Origin: an uncultured Gemmatimonadota bacterium
Lineage (GTDB): Bacteria; JAAXHH01
Direction of reading: 5' to 3'
Assembly: GCA_951812955.1 (NCBI GenBank)
Contig: OX638340.1
Location: 576,001 to 640,000 of the forward strand
Length of the DNA: 64,000 bases
Made by a program: the position numbers and the translations under genes. Below, piece by piece: positions 1 through 9,396 of the stretch; within the stretch, counting starts at the first letter, position 1; each line of letters begins with the position of its first letter. The notes below the pieces were generated by a model. That model saw only the letters and a program-made list of their open reading frames with translations. It did no database searches and was not told the DNA's origin.

Positions 1-569
1 TCGATCCTGATATTCATCTGAACCGGGTCGGCGTAATCAACCAGACTACCATGCTCGCCAGCGAGACGCATGAAATCGCGCGGTTAATCAGAGAAGCGCT
101 GGAGGTACGGCATGGCACCGAACTTATATCCGATCATTTCGCCGATACCTCGGATACCCTGTGCTACGCCAGCAACGAAAATCAGAATGCCACATACGCC
201 ATGATTGACAAGGGGGCTGACGTCGCCCTTGTCGTCGGGGGCTACAACTCGTCCAACACTTCTCATCTCGTAGAGCTTTGCGGGGAAACGATCAGCACCT
301 TCTTCATCAACAGCAGCAAAGACATCCTCTCCGACAGGCAGATCCGCCACTTCGACCTGGAATCCAAGTCGATCCTCGCCACCATTGACTGGCTCCCGGC
401 CGCCCGGCCCGTGGACATCATCCTGACCTGCGGCGCTTCGTGTCCCGATATCATGCTGGACAACGTGCTGCTGCGCATTCTTTCATTCTTTCCCAATGCA
501 CCGCCGGTAGCGGAAGTCCTTGCCGATTACGAAAACACCGTACGGAAGCCGGTGGTTGCAGAATCGTGA
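1..569 (+). CDS. ispH: 4-hydroxy-3-methylbut-2-enyl diphosphate reductase (IspH/LytB), C-terminal part; 5' end outside window
   Basis: Frame is open from nt 3 ('DPDIHLNRVGVINQTTMLASET'). Motifs 'VINQTT' and 'VVGGYNSSNTSHLVE' are typical of IspH. Stop at 567-569. Confidence 0.85.
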   Translation, partial: DPDIHLNRVGVINQTTMLASETHEIARLIREALEVRHGTELISDHFADTSDTLCYASNENQNATYAMIDKGADVALVVGGYNSSNTSHLVELCGETISTFFINSSKDILSDRQIRHFDLESKSILATIDWLPAARPVDIILTCGASCPDIMLDNVLLRILSFFPNAPPVAEVLADYENTVRKPVVAES

Positions 570-675
570 ACTGGCCGCCGTCCCTTGAACGGCGGCGTGG
601 CGGAAGATCGCCTTGTGCCCGGTCGCCCGTACATTCGAGACACACTCGAGACACATTTCACTACAGGGGAGTTTC

Positions 676-1542
676 ATGCAGATCGGGGTGAGTTCATACA
701 GTTACAGCAGATTGATCCGAAGCGGTGCGATGACGGAATTCGACGCGGTCCGCCAGACGGCGGAACTCGGATTCGACGTGATCGAATTCTCCTCACTGAA
801 CCCGCCCGGGAACCAGTCATTCGAGGAGTATGCCCCTGAGATACGCGCGGCCTGCGACGAGGCGGGTCTGCCCATCGCCAACTACACGGTCGGAGCGGAT
901 TTCATCAACGGAAGCGAAGGAAACCGGGACGTCGAGGTTGAACGGGTGAAGGACGAGGTGCGTATCGCCCACTTGCTCGGTGCACCCGGCATGCGCCACG
1001 ACGCCACCCGGGGGTTTCCTGGAAGCCGTCCCGGCGAACGATCATTCGACGACGCCCTTGCCATCCTCGTGCCGGCGATCCGGGCGGTCACGGAGTTTGC
1101 CGAGGACCTGGGTGTCCGTACCATGGTGGAGAATCACGGGTTGTTCTGCCAGGACAGCGATCGCGTGGAGAAACTGGTCAATGCGGTAAATCACGAGAAC
1201 TTCGGTGTGCTCATCGACATGGGCAATTTCCTGTGCGTGGATGAACAGCCTGACATCGCCGTGGGACGTTTGATTCCGTACGCTTTTCACGTCCACGCCA
1301 AGGACTTCCACACCAAGCCGGGCACGGCGCCCGATCCCGGCGAGGGATGGTTCCGAACGCGGGGGGGCAACTATCTGAAGGGTGCTGTCGTCGGCCACGG
1401 CGAAGTACCCCTGACTTCGTGTCTGCAGGTGCTATCGCGGCACGGGTACGATGGCGTGCTTTCCATCGAATTCGAAGGCATGGAATATCCCGTCGACGGC
1501 GTTCGCATCGGGCTCGAAAACCTCAAGCGCTATCTGGGCTGA
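676..1542 (+). CDS. sugar phosphate isomerase/epimerase (xylose-isomerase-like TIM barrel)
   Basis: ORF 613-1542. I chose ATG 676 ('MQIGVSSYSYS') because it is preceded by AGGGGAG. 'VENH', 'LIDMGNF' and 'HVHAKD' are metal-ligand-type motifs of this fold. Confidence 0.75.
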   Translation: MQIGVSSYSYSRLIRSGAMTEFDAVRQTAELGFDVIEFSSLNPPGNQSFEEYAPEIRAACDEAGLPIANYTVGADFINGSEGNRDVEVERVKDEVRIAHLLGAPGMRHDATRGFPGSRPGERSFDDALAILVPAIRAVTEFAEDLGVRTMVENHGLFCQDSDRVEKLVNAVNHENFGVLIDMGNFLCVDEQPDIAVGRLIPYAFHVHAKDFHTKPGTAPDPGEGWFRTRGGNYLKGAVVGHGEVPLTSCLQVLSRHGYDGVLSIEFEGMEYPVDGVRIGLENLKRYLG

Positions 1543-1572
1543 GGATCAGACCGGACAGCTGCTCCGCGTTTC

Positions 1573-2538
1573 TTATCCGAGCCGGACGACCTCGCCCGTC
1601 TCCATGGATTCATTCGCTGCAAGCGTGACCGCCAGACTGTCGACCACGTCTCCGTAAGCCGACCGGATCAGAGACGGATTCTCTTCTTCGACGGCCTGCA
1701 GGAAGAGTTCGTTCTCGAGCTGGTAGGGGTTGTTCCGGCCCGGGTACCTTACCGTTTCATCTTCCCTTACGACCACGAGTTCTCCCCGCACGATCTCGAC
1801 CGTCAATCCGCGGGCGATGACCTGGAGTCCGGTGCCATACCCCTGTTCGGCGACACAGGACGAGAGAATCGTGGCCACGGCGCCGCTCGCGAAGGTAAGC
1901 GATACGGTGCTGGCATCCTCCACGTCGTAATTTTGCAGGTCTTCCATAAGGCCCTTCGTACCCGCGGCGTATACGCTGACCACGTCGCCCATGAGATACC
2001 GCGCGCAGTCGTACACGTGCGTGGTCTGTTCCACGATCTGTCCACCTGACTTGGATTTTACGCGCCACCAGGGTGAGCCGGGCGTGTTGCCGATCCAGTA
2101 TCCATAGGCCAGGGCCGGGCGAACGCCGGACAACAGCTCCCGTGCCTTCTGCGTTACGTCGAGGTACCGCCAGTTGTATCCGACGCAGGAGAGCACCCCG
2201 CTTTCCTCGACCTTCGCCGCGATAACCCGCGCGGTATCCATGTCCAGCGCCTGCGGTTTCTCGACGAACAGGTGGAGGTTGCGTTCCAGCACGGCCAACT
2301 CGGGCTCGCCATGGGCGAAGGGCGGGAGGCATACGTACACGGCATCCAGCTCTTCCCTGTCCAGCATCTCACGGTAGTCGCCGTATGCGCGACCGCCGCA
2401 CCGGTCAGCCGCCGCCTGCGCGCGATCGATAGAGATATCCGCGTACGCCACGAGTTCGGCCCGATCGATATCCGGCAAGAGCCCCAGATGCATGCCCGCT
2501 ATGCCGCCGGTTCCTATAAAACCAATACGAACGCCCAT
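1573..2538 (-). CDS. Gfo/Idh/MocA family NAD(P)-dependent oxidoreductase
   Basis: N-terminal Rossmann motif 'RIGFIGTGGIAGMH'. ATG at 2538 has GGAGGA 6 nt upstream. The longer ORF start (2637) adds an Arg-rich non-homologous extension. Confidence 0.8.
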   Translation of the reverse strand: MGVRIGFIGTGGIAGMHLGLLPDIDRAELVAYADISIDRAQAAADRCGGRAYGDYREMLDREELDAVYVCLPPFAHGEPELAVLERNLHLFVEKPQALDMDTARVIAAKVEESGVLSCVGYNWRYLDVTQKARELLSGVRPALAYGYWIGNTPGSPWWRVKSKSGGQIVEQTTHVYDCARYLMGDVVSVYAAGTKGLMEDLQNYDVEDASTVSLTFASGAVATILSSCVAEQGYGTGLQVIARGLTVEIVRGELVVVREDETVRYPGRNNPYQLENELFLQAVEEENPSLIRSAYGDVVDSLAVTLAANESMETGEVVRLG

Positions 2539-2614
2539 GTGCAGTCCTCCGCTGTTTCTGGTACGTGAAACCCTGGATGACCGGTCATACCCACCGCCGT
2601 TCATCCTTAAAAAG

Positions 2615-4369
2615 TCACTGTTCCCTCTTTGCGACAATCATCGTCGTGTCGTCGTCCTGGCTGTCGCCACCCACGAAGGCGCGCCACACTTCGATCACGT
2701 GGTCCCGGATCTCCTCGACCGTGCATGAATGGCAGTCCTTGATCGCCTGCTCCAGCCGGTCGATTCCGAAGATCTCGTCCCTGTCGTTGGATTTCTCGAT
2801 GAGACCATCGGAATACAGGACCACGACATCGCCTTCGTCCAGGTACACGCGTCCGTCCTCGAAACTCGCGTAGTCGAAGGAACCCACGATCAGGCCCCCG
2901 GTGTAAAGGTTGACCGTTTCGCCGGATTTCCTGCACAGCAAGGGCGGCGGATGGCCGGCATTGCAGTAGACGAAGGTGTTTTCCTGCAGGTTCGCGATGC
3001 CGTAGAACAGGGTGGCGAACCGGTCCGCGGACGTGACCTCGTACAGGACCTCGTTGACGTGCCCGATTACGTAACTCGGCAGGTATACGTAGTAATTGGC
3101 AAATTCGTGGAATGACGTGTAGAGCGAAGCCATGGTCAGCGCGGCGGGAATGCCCTTGCCGACCACGTCGCCCACGGCTAGGCCCAGTTGCTTGTCCGAA
3201 AAGGGAATGAAATCGTAGAAGTCGCCCCCGACCTCCCTGCTGGGCTCGCTGAATACGGCCAGGGAAAGGCCGGGCACTTCAGGCACGGCGCGCGGCAAAA
3301 GGGCGCGCTGGATCTCACCGGCGACCTCCAGCTCCCTGTCCAGCAACCGGCTTCGGCGCGCGTCCTCGAACAGGCGCGCGTTCTGTATAGCGATACTTGC
3401 CTGGGAAGCGAAGGCTTCGAGCAGGAACTGGGCTTCCTCGTTGTAAGCGTTTGCCTCGTCGTTTTCGATGTTGAAGACCCCGATCACCTGATCTCCTGAA
3501 AGTATAGGCACGGCCATCTCCGATTTGGTGCCCGGCCGGTGTTGCACGTACCGGTCGTCCCGGGACACGTCCGACACGATGATCGCCCGGCCGGTCTCGG
3601 CCGCTGATCCGCTGATGCCTTCGCCCATTTTCAGGTTGATCGCGTCCAGATCCGGCGAATATCCCCTGATGGTCCGTTCGACCACCGCGTTCCGGTCTTT
3701 GTCGAGAAGAAAGATGGCCGCTGCGTCGTAGGGCACCACGGTCTGCAGCGCATCGATGATCAGGTTCAGCACCTCGCTCAGATCCAGCGAACTGCTAATC
3801 CGCTTTCCCACCTCGTACAGGGCGGTTCGGTGAATCATCTGCTGACGGGCCAGCTTGAAATGCAAAAGGCGCGTGACCGAGTAGCCCGCGTGGCGCGCCA
3901 GAGAAATGGTGACTTCAAGGCGTTCGGAATCAAATTCGGTCTCGCCGGAATCCATGACCGCCAGCAGTACGCAGTGAAACCGGACGTCGATCTGGTGATG
4001 AAACAACACGGCATGGCCGGAGAGGGCATTCCGGTCAGTCATGGCATGCAGGGGCCAGTCCAATTGCTGCACGTCCTCGATCAACCGGGTACTCGGCTGC
4101 GGTCGCAGCCAGGACAGCAATAATTCGACTTCCCGCTCCTCAATGGGTTGGAAAAACCCGCATCCTGCAGTTTCGAAGACGATCCGATTCGAGTCACAGT
4201 CCACCATGAAGAATCGGCAGACTTCCGCGCCGGACAGCTCCAGCGTGATTTCTTCGATGGCGGCGGACAGGTCGGCTTCGTCCGTTGCGGCCGTCATCCG
4301 GGTCAGGCCCTCGACCACGCGGTGCCACAGGATGTCCGATCGCGCTTCTACGATATTTGGTTCCAGCAT
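2615..4369 (-). CDS. GAF-GAF-PP2C (SpoIIE/RsbU-type) serine phosphatase
   Basis: 584 aa. Second GAF domain: 'YDAAAIFLLD...GEGISGSAAETGRAIIVSDV...MAVPI'. C-terminal SpoIIE motifs: 'REVGGDFYDF', 'VGDVVGKGIPAAL', 'LYSDGL', 'DDDTTMIV'. Confidence 0.8.
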   Translation of the reverse strand: MLEPNIVEARSDILWHRVVEGLTRMTAATDEADLSAAIEEITLELSGAEVCRFFMVDCDSNRIVFETAGCGFFQPIEEREVELLLSWLRPQPSTRLIEDVQQLDWPLHAMTDRNALSGHAVLFHHQIDVRFHCVLLAVMDSGETEFDSERLEVTISLARHAGYSVTRLLHFKLARQQMIHRTALYEVGKRISSSLDLSEVLNLIIDALQTVVPYDAAAIFLLDKDRNAVVERTIRGYSPDLDAINLKMGEGISGSAAETGRAIIVSDVSRDDRYVQHRPGTKSEMAVPILSGDQVIGVFNIENDEANAYNEEAQFLLEAFASQASIAIQNARLFEDARRSRLLDRELEVAGEIQRALLPRAVPEVPGLSLAVFSEPSREVGGDFYDFIPFSDKQLGLAVGDVVGKGIPAALTMASLYTSFHEFANYYVYLPSYVIGHVNEVLYEVTSADRFATLFYGIANLQENTFVYCNAGHPPPLLCRKSGETVNLYTGGLIVGSFDYASFEDGRVYLDEGDVVVLYSDGLIEKSNDRDEIFGIDRLEQAIKDCHSCTVEEIRDHVIEVWRAFVGGDSQDDDTTMIVAKREQ

Positions 4370-4441
4370 GGGATGTAGGTGCTGTGTGCCCCGAGTCAGC
4401 GGGCGGTTTCCGGACCTTCTGGTTCGATCGGGGTCGATCGA

Positions 4442-5440
4442 TCAGATGCGGTCCGACAGTAAGGCGACAGCCTGTTGCATGTCGTCAGGCACAGGCGCGC
4501 TAAAGGTATGGGTCCGGCCCGAGTAGGGATGAATAAACTCCAGTTCGGATGCATGTAGCGCTTGCCGCTTCAGGATATCCAGCATCATGCGCAACCGGGG
4601 ACGGCGCCGTGGCGCAATACGGGCCAGCCGTTTGATCCTTCCCCCGTAGACAGGATCCCCGATGACGGGATGGCCCAGATGGGCAAGGTGGACCCTGATC
4701 TGGTGGGTACGGCCGGTTTCCAGCGCCAGGGCCAGCAACGTCCCGTCCTCCATGGAATCACGTACCCGGAAGTGGGTTACGGCCCGGCGGCCTCGGTCCT
4801 CTTCCACTACGGCCATCCGTTGTCTGTACCGTGGATGCCTGCCGATCGGCGCGTCTACCGTACCCGAAGACTCGGCGAACTGGCCCCACACCAGCCCGGT
4901 ATATCCGCGCTTGATGCGGCGCTCGGCCAGTTGGCGGGAAAGAAACGCATGGGCGTCTTCGCGTTTCGCTACGATCATCAGGCCGGACGTATCCTTGTCC
5001 AGACGATGCACGATTCCGGGCCGGACGGGATCGTCAAACCACTTCAGACTCTTGCAGTGGTGCAGCAACGCATTTACCAGCGTAGAACGCGAATGTCCAT
5101 ACGCGGGATGTACGACCATTCCCGCCGCCTTGTTCACAACCAGGAACGCTTCGTCTTCATAGACGATGTCCAGCGGGATGGACTCCGGTTCCACGGTAGA
5201 AGGAGGGGGATCTGGAACGGTCACGATGACGACGTCGCCTTCGCAAACACCGTGTCCACACTTCTCGACGACGATCGAGTTGACCGAAACCGCACCGGCC
5301 CGTATCCAGCGCTGAATCTTCGACCGGGTTACCGGCAGGTCCGTATCCGAAAGATACTGGTCCAGTCGCCTCTGGGACTGCGCGGCGGGCACCACGGTCT
5401 CAACGATGGATCCCTCGCTGTCATCCGGAAGGCGCTTCAT
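4442..5440 (-). CDS. rluD: RluA-family 23S rRNA pseudouridine synthase (RluD-like)
   Basis: N-terminal S4 domain ('RLDQYLSD...SKIQRWIRAGAVSVN'). Catalytic motif 'HRLDKDTSGLMIVAK'. 'RTHQIRVHLA'. Confidence 0.85.
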   Translation of the reverse strand: MKRLPDDSEGSIVETVVPAAQSQRRLDQYLSDTDLPVTRSKIQRWIRAGAVSVNSIVVEKCGHGVCEGDVVIVTVPDPPPSTVEPESIPLDIVYEDEAFLVVNKAAGMVVHPAYGHSRSTLVNALLHHCKSLKWFDDPVRPGIVHRLDKDTSGLMIVAKREDAHAFLSRQLAERRIKRGYTGLVWGQFAESSGTVDAPIGRHPRYRQRMAVVEEDRGRRAVTHFRVRDSMEDGTLLALALETGRTHQIRVHLAHLGHPVIGDPVYGGRIKRLARIAPRRRPRLRMMLDILKRQALHASELEFIHPYSGRTHTFSAPVPDDMQQAVALLSDRI

Positions 5441-5897
5441 CGTTCAAGATCCGGTTGATCGCGGGCAGCCGGGTGAACAGCAGGATGATTCCGATGGTAA
5501 TGGCAGTGTCCGCCACGTTGAATACGGGCCATCGGTACGCTCCCATCCCGATATCTATGAAATCCGTGACCTCGCCATAGAGCGCGCGATCGATCAGGTT
5601 GCCAAAGGCGCCGCCCAGGATACCCATCATGGCATAACGGCCCCACCGCTCGGCGGATGGAAGCCTTATAAGGTAATAGAGCATGACCACACAGGCAATG
5701 ACCGACAGAACCAGGTAGATCCATCGGCCGCCCAGCGTGATTCCGAACGCGGCCCCGGGATTCCGTATGTAGGTTAACTGGACCATTTCCCCAAGGAGGG
5801 GATAGGACTGGTGCAGCGCCATCCCCTGCTGAACGGCGATCTTGGTAATCTGGTCCAGGATCAGGATGACGGCGCAGACGACGGCCGGCTTTGTCAA
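5421..5897 (-). CDS. lspA: lipoprotein signal peptidase II
   Basis: 158 aa, polytopic. Motifs 'IRNPGAAFG' and 'WPVFNVADTAITIG'. TTG start. Overlaps the rluD start by 20 nt. Confidence 0.85.
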   Translation of the reverse strand: MTKPAVVCAVILILDQITKIAVQQGMALHQSYPLLGEMVQLTYIRNPGAAFGITLGGRWIYLVLSVIACVVMLYYLIRLPSAERWGRYAMMGILGGAFGNLIDRALYGEVTDFIDIGMGAYRWPVFNVADTAITIGIILLFTRLPAINRILNDEAPSG

Positions 5898-5916
5898 TGC
5901 TTGCAGTCTGGAGATG

Positions 5917-6291
5917 TTAGATCAGACCTCGTTCTTCTTTGGATTTACACTCAATGCACATCCGGGCGTGGGGTACGGCCTCGAGCCGCGCCTTGCCGAT
6001 ATCACTGTTACACACGTAGCAAAGGCCGTAGGCGCCGTTCTTGATTCGCTCCAGGGCTTCGTCGATATGAAACAGGAATCTGCCCTCCCGGGAGGCGAGA
6101 TCATAGGCCTGTTCCTGCTCCATGGACTCGGTGCCCTGGTCTGCCGGGTGTTCCGAGAAAGGATAGCTGCCCGCGACATCGCGCGCAGCGGAATTAATCG
6201 TCTTGTCACCGAAATAGCCCAGCTCATGCAACAGGGTTTCACGTTTCTCGAGCAGGAGCTTTTCGAATCGTTTCAAATCTGCACCCGTCAT
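5917..6291 (-). CDS. DksA/TraR family C4-type zinc-finger protein
   Basis: 'CYVCNSDIGKARLEAVPHARMCIECK' four-Cys finger. ATG 6291 has GGAGG 5 nt upstream. The longer ORF start (6411) lacks homology. Confidence 0.75.
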   Translation of the reverse strand: MTGADLKRFEKLLLEKRETLLHELGYFGDKTINSAARDVAGSYPFSEHPADQGTESMEQEQAYDLASREGRFLFHIDEALERIKNGAYGLCYVCNSDIGKARLEAVPHARMCIECKSKEERGLI

Positions 6292-7063
6292 CCATACCTC
6301 CACGACAAAGAAGACATTGATTGATGATTTCCGCCAGCCTTCCGTATACCTCACTTTGCGCGGGTATCGACGAAAATAAGGCATTTCCGTCGACCGGCCA
6401 ACACTTTTCAACGACCCCCACCGCGGCGACCGGCAAACCGCAATGCACGGCCGCGATCACTTCATCCAGCAATCCTTCGCCGACCACATCTATACCCGCA
6501 TCGATACCCGACTGCAACCACGTAGATGGATCGTCACCGGCCGTGGACCCGCCGATCCGGCCATACACAACGCTCCGCAAGTCAAGGCCCATCGATGCCG
6601 CACCGCGCTTCAGCCTGAACGACCAGAGCGCGTCATAAGGTTCGCTCATGTCGGGATAACGCGGACCCAGCCGTTCGTCGTTGGGGCCCCGCAGCGGGCT
6701 CTCACCTGTGCAGTTTACGTGATCGCCCACAAGCACGTAAGAACCGGCTTCGTATTCGTTATTCAGTGCGGTACAGCCTGCCGCGATTACCAGGCTCTCT
6801 GCGCGCAATATACGCAGGACCCGCACCGCATCGATTCTGCGTTCCGGTTCCACGTCGAATCCAAGGAAGGGAAGCACCACCGGTCCAGCCCGGTATACAG
6901 TCTCAAAGGGCGACCAGGATCCGGACGTCTTCATTTCCTTCCAGTTAAAGGCATGCGATGATTCACGGGGAAGCATCAGACCGACAATTCTGTTGCCCCG
7001 CAGTTGTTCTTCCATCCTGCCGGCCAGCATAGTAATTCGGTCGTAGGTCATCCTGCTGCGCAA
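6239..7063 (-). CDS. purine-nucleoside-phosphorylase-fold protein, divergent (several catalytic motifs not recognisable)
   Basis: 'GDHVNCTGESPLRGPNDERLGPRYPDMSEPYD' aligns with the PNP core 'DHINFMGTNPLIGPN..FG.RFPDMS.AYD'. Start uncertain (TTG 7063 or ATG 7051). The 3' end overlaps the dksA-like start by about 50 nt. Confidence 0.55.
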   Translation of the reverse strand: MRSRMTYDRITMLAGRMEEQLRGNRIVGLMLPRESSHAFNWKEMKTSGSWSPFETVYRAGPVVLPFLGFDVEPERRIDAVRVLRILRAESLVIAAGCTALNNEYEAGSYVLVGDHVNCTGESPLRGPNDERLGPRYPDMSEPYDALWSFRLKRGAASMGLDLRSVVYGRIGGSTAGDDPSTWLQSGIDAGIDVVGEGLLDEVIAAVHCGLPVAAVGVVEKCWPVDGNALFSSIPAQSEVYGRLAEIINQCLLCRGGMDDGCRFETIRKAPARET

Positions 7064-7087
7064 GTCAGCCCCTGGATATCGAGTGAA

Positions 7088-7606
7088 TCACGGAACTCGG
7101 CCCGATTGGGACTGCGGACCGGGTTCCAGCGTCTGGTTCTCGCCGCTTTCTTTCTTCATGCTCAGCATGGTGTCGAGCTGTTCCTGGTGAGATTCGAGCA
7201 GAATCCGGAATTTAACCTCGTAGTCTTTTCTCAAGGAAGTGAGCTCACGGAGTTCCCGTTTGATTTCGGTGACCTGGTTATTCGCGTCGGATATCCAGCG
7301 GTCCGCCTGGTTTTCCGCTTCCTTCAACACGTTCTCCGCTTCCTTCATGGCATTGGCTTTCATGTCGTGAATGACCCGCTGCGCCGACACCAGGGCGTCT
7401 TCGAGCAGTTTCCGCCGCCTGCCGACATCGGATAGCTCGTGATCCATCTTCGCCACCTGGCCGCGCAACGTTTCATTGTCCCTGACCAGTATTTCGAGCG
7501 CGGCGGCGGTAGAATTCAGAAACGCCTCCACTTCATCCATATCATATCCACTGACCCAACGTGTCTTGAATTTCTGACTCCGTATTTCATCGGGATTGAT
7601 GTCCAT
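7088..7606 (-). CDS. divIVA: DivIVA domain-containing cell-division protein
   Basis: N-terminus 'MDINPDEIRSQKFKTRWVSGYDMDEVEAFL' is the canonical DivIVA lipid-binding domain, followed by coiled coil. Confidence 0.8.
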   Translation of the reverse strand: MDINPDEIRSQKFKTRWVSGYDMDEVEAFLNSTAAALEILVRDNETLRGQVAKMDHELSDVGRRRKLLEDALVSAQRVIHDMKANAMKEAENVLKEAENQADRWISDANNQVTEIKRELRELTSLRKDYEVKFRILLESHQEQLDTMLSMKKESGENQTLEPGPQSQSGRVP

Positions 7607-7637
7607 GTATCACCTCTATTTCTAGTTCGCGCTCCGG

Positions 7638-8462
7638 TCAGATCCGAAGCAACAGGGGCAGGAGACTTACCTGGATAAACCTGAGGATCAGGATAGCGAT
7701 CAACGGCGAAAAATCGATGCCGTACGTCGTCGGAAGTAACCTGCGGATCGGTTCCAAAATGGGATCGCTGTACAGGATGAGCATTTGAAAGAGCGCGTTG
7801 CTCGTGTCCGGGTTGAAGAACGAGAGCACCGCGCGTACGAGTATCACGATAAAGAGCACGTCGAATATGAAGTCGACCAGGTAGACGATGCTTCCGAGGA
7901 TCATCCCCGCCGCCGAACCGGCCGCCTGTGCCGCCAGCACGCCGACCTGGTAAAACACCATACCGTGCAGAACACCCAGGAGCACGATGCCCAGCAGTGC
8001 GGAAACGTCCGCGCGACCGATACGGTAGCCGGTGAAGCGGCGGATTGGAGCAAGGAAGAAGTGGGCGATGTTGTGCATCATGTGCCCGGACTGGCTGAAT
8101 GCGAACGGAGACTCGATCGAGATGAAAAAGGCGCCTAGGAACAGGATGGCCAGCACCCGCACTGAAAAATCGAATACATCCAGCAATCCGGAAGTCATGG
8201 AGACGGTGAAGGGGACGCCCATGACGACTGTCGTGAGCATTCCCTGCACTACGACGAGCAAAAGAATGGCAAAGACGGGCGACCAGTCGAAACGGGGCTC
8301 GCCGCGCATGATGACCTGGCGAATCGGCCGCAGCACGGGTTCGGTCGCGGTGTACAGGCCCCTTTGGATCGGATTCTCGCTAAAGGGACTCGCAGCAGGC
8401 ATGAACAGGCGAATTCCGAAGGCCAGCATGTATATGTTGATGATTAACTCGATCAGTCCCAT
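7638..8462 (-). CDS. yggT: YggT family membrane protein with three YggT repeats
   Basis: Three repeats, each ending in a 'P(I/V)(L/R)..IRR' plus 'DFSP/DWSP/DVSA' pattern (e.g. 'DPILEPIRRLLPTTYGIDFSPLIAILIL'). ATG at 8462. The longer start (8531) would overlap yggS. Confidence 0.75.
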   Translation of the reverse strand: MGLIELIINIYMLAFGIRLFMPAASPFSENPIQRGLYTATEPVLRPIRQVIMRGEPRFDWSPVFAILLLVVVQGMLTTVVMGVPFTVSMTSGLLDVFDFSVRVLAILFLGAFFISIESPFAFSQSGHMMHNIAHFFLAPIRRFTGYRIGRADVSALLGIVLLGVLHGMVFYQVGVLAAQAAGSAAGMILGSIVYLVDFIFDVLFIVILVRAVLSFFNPDTSNALFQMLILYSDPILEPIRRLLPTTYGIDFSPLIAILILRFIQVSLLPLLLRI

Positions 8463-8496
8463 GTAGAGTCCCGTTCCATGCCAGGTCGGTGTCGCG

Positions 8497-9186
8497 TCAC
8501 GCCGGGCGTGCGCCGAAAATCGCCGTACCAACCCGGATCATATCCGCGCCTTCTTCAATGGCTACTTCAAAGTCATGGGACATGCCCATGGAGAGAACGT
8601 CCATGCCGATGCCCGTGACACCGGCGGAAGCAATGCGATCTCGCGTATCCCGGAGCATCCGGAAAGCAGGCCGGACATCTTCAGGATCGGGCGAGAAGGC
8701 GGGGATCGTCATCAGTCCCCTGACGGACAGCCCGGAGAGGACGGACAACTGCTCCGCGAGTTCCAGCGCGCGGTCAGGCTCCACACCTGCCTTCGTCTCC
8801 TCCGACGATGTGTTGACCTGGATCAGCACGGGCATGATCCTTCCCGCGGTCTGGAGACGCCGATCCAGTTCCTGTCCGAGCGAAAGGCGGTCGACTGAGT
8901 GGATCATGTCGAAAATCCGCACGGCAGACTTCGCCTTGTTACGCTGCAGCGGACCGATCATGTGCCACGTGGCGCCGTCTTCCGGACGGGCCTTCTCAAG
9001 CGCTTCCTGCACCCTGTTTTCACCGAAATCCGTGACACCGGCCCGCAAGGCTTCTTCGATCATCGCAAGGGGCTTGGTCTTCGATACCGCAATGAGGTGA
9101 ATGGACGAGGCCTCGCGGCCGGTTCGTTCGGCAGCCTTGGATATACGGTCGTACACCCGGACCAGATTGTCTTTGATCGTGGACAA
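8497..9186 (-). CDS. yggS: YggS family pyridoxal-phosphate homeostasis protein
   Basis: 'IHLIAVSKTKP', 'FGENRVQE', 'WHMIGPLQRNK', 'LSMGMSHDFEVAIEEGADMIRVGTAIFG'. I chose TTG 9186 ('LSTIKDNL') by alignment to the E. coli YggS N-terminus. The ORF extends to TTG 9246. Confidence 0.8.
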   Translation of the reverse strand: MSTIKDNLVRVYDRISKAAERTGREASSIHLIAVSKTKPLAMIEEALRAGVTDFGENRVQEALEKARPEDGATWHMIGPLQRNKAKSAVRIFDMIHSVDRLSLGQELDRRLQTAGRIMPVLIQVNTSSEETKAGVEPDRALELAEQLSVLSGLSVRGLMTIPAFSPDPEDVRPAFRMLRDTRDRIASAGVTGIGMDVLSMGMSHDFEVAIEEGADMIRVGTAIFGARPA

Positions 9187-9396
9187 AGGATCAGCCTCAT
9201 CGAAAAACAAGTCTGATAATATATGCGACCCGGGACTACGTCGCAATAGAAATCAGAAATTGTCGAGATTGCATCGGTGAACGAGATTCTGCCCGGCTTC
9301 TCCGACTGTAACAAAAGTGCAAACGGCTGCGATGCCGCGTTTCCGGACCGGCCGGCCGGCATGAGTGACGCAGCCTGAAATCGGAAAGGGAACATC

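Noticed and set aside
574-596. GC-rich hairpin (GCCGCCG / 9-nt loop / CGGCGGC) 5 nt after the ispH stop, considered as a terminator
   Set aside because: No U-tract follows (the next bases are GTGGCGGAAG), and the next gene starts 80 nt later on the same strand. I cannot support an intrinsic terminator call.
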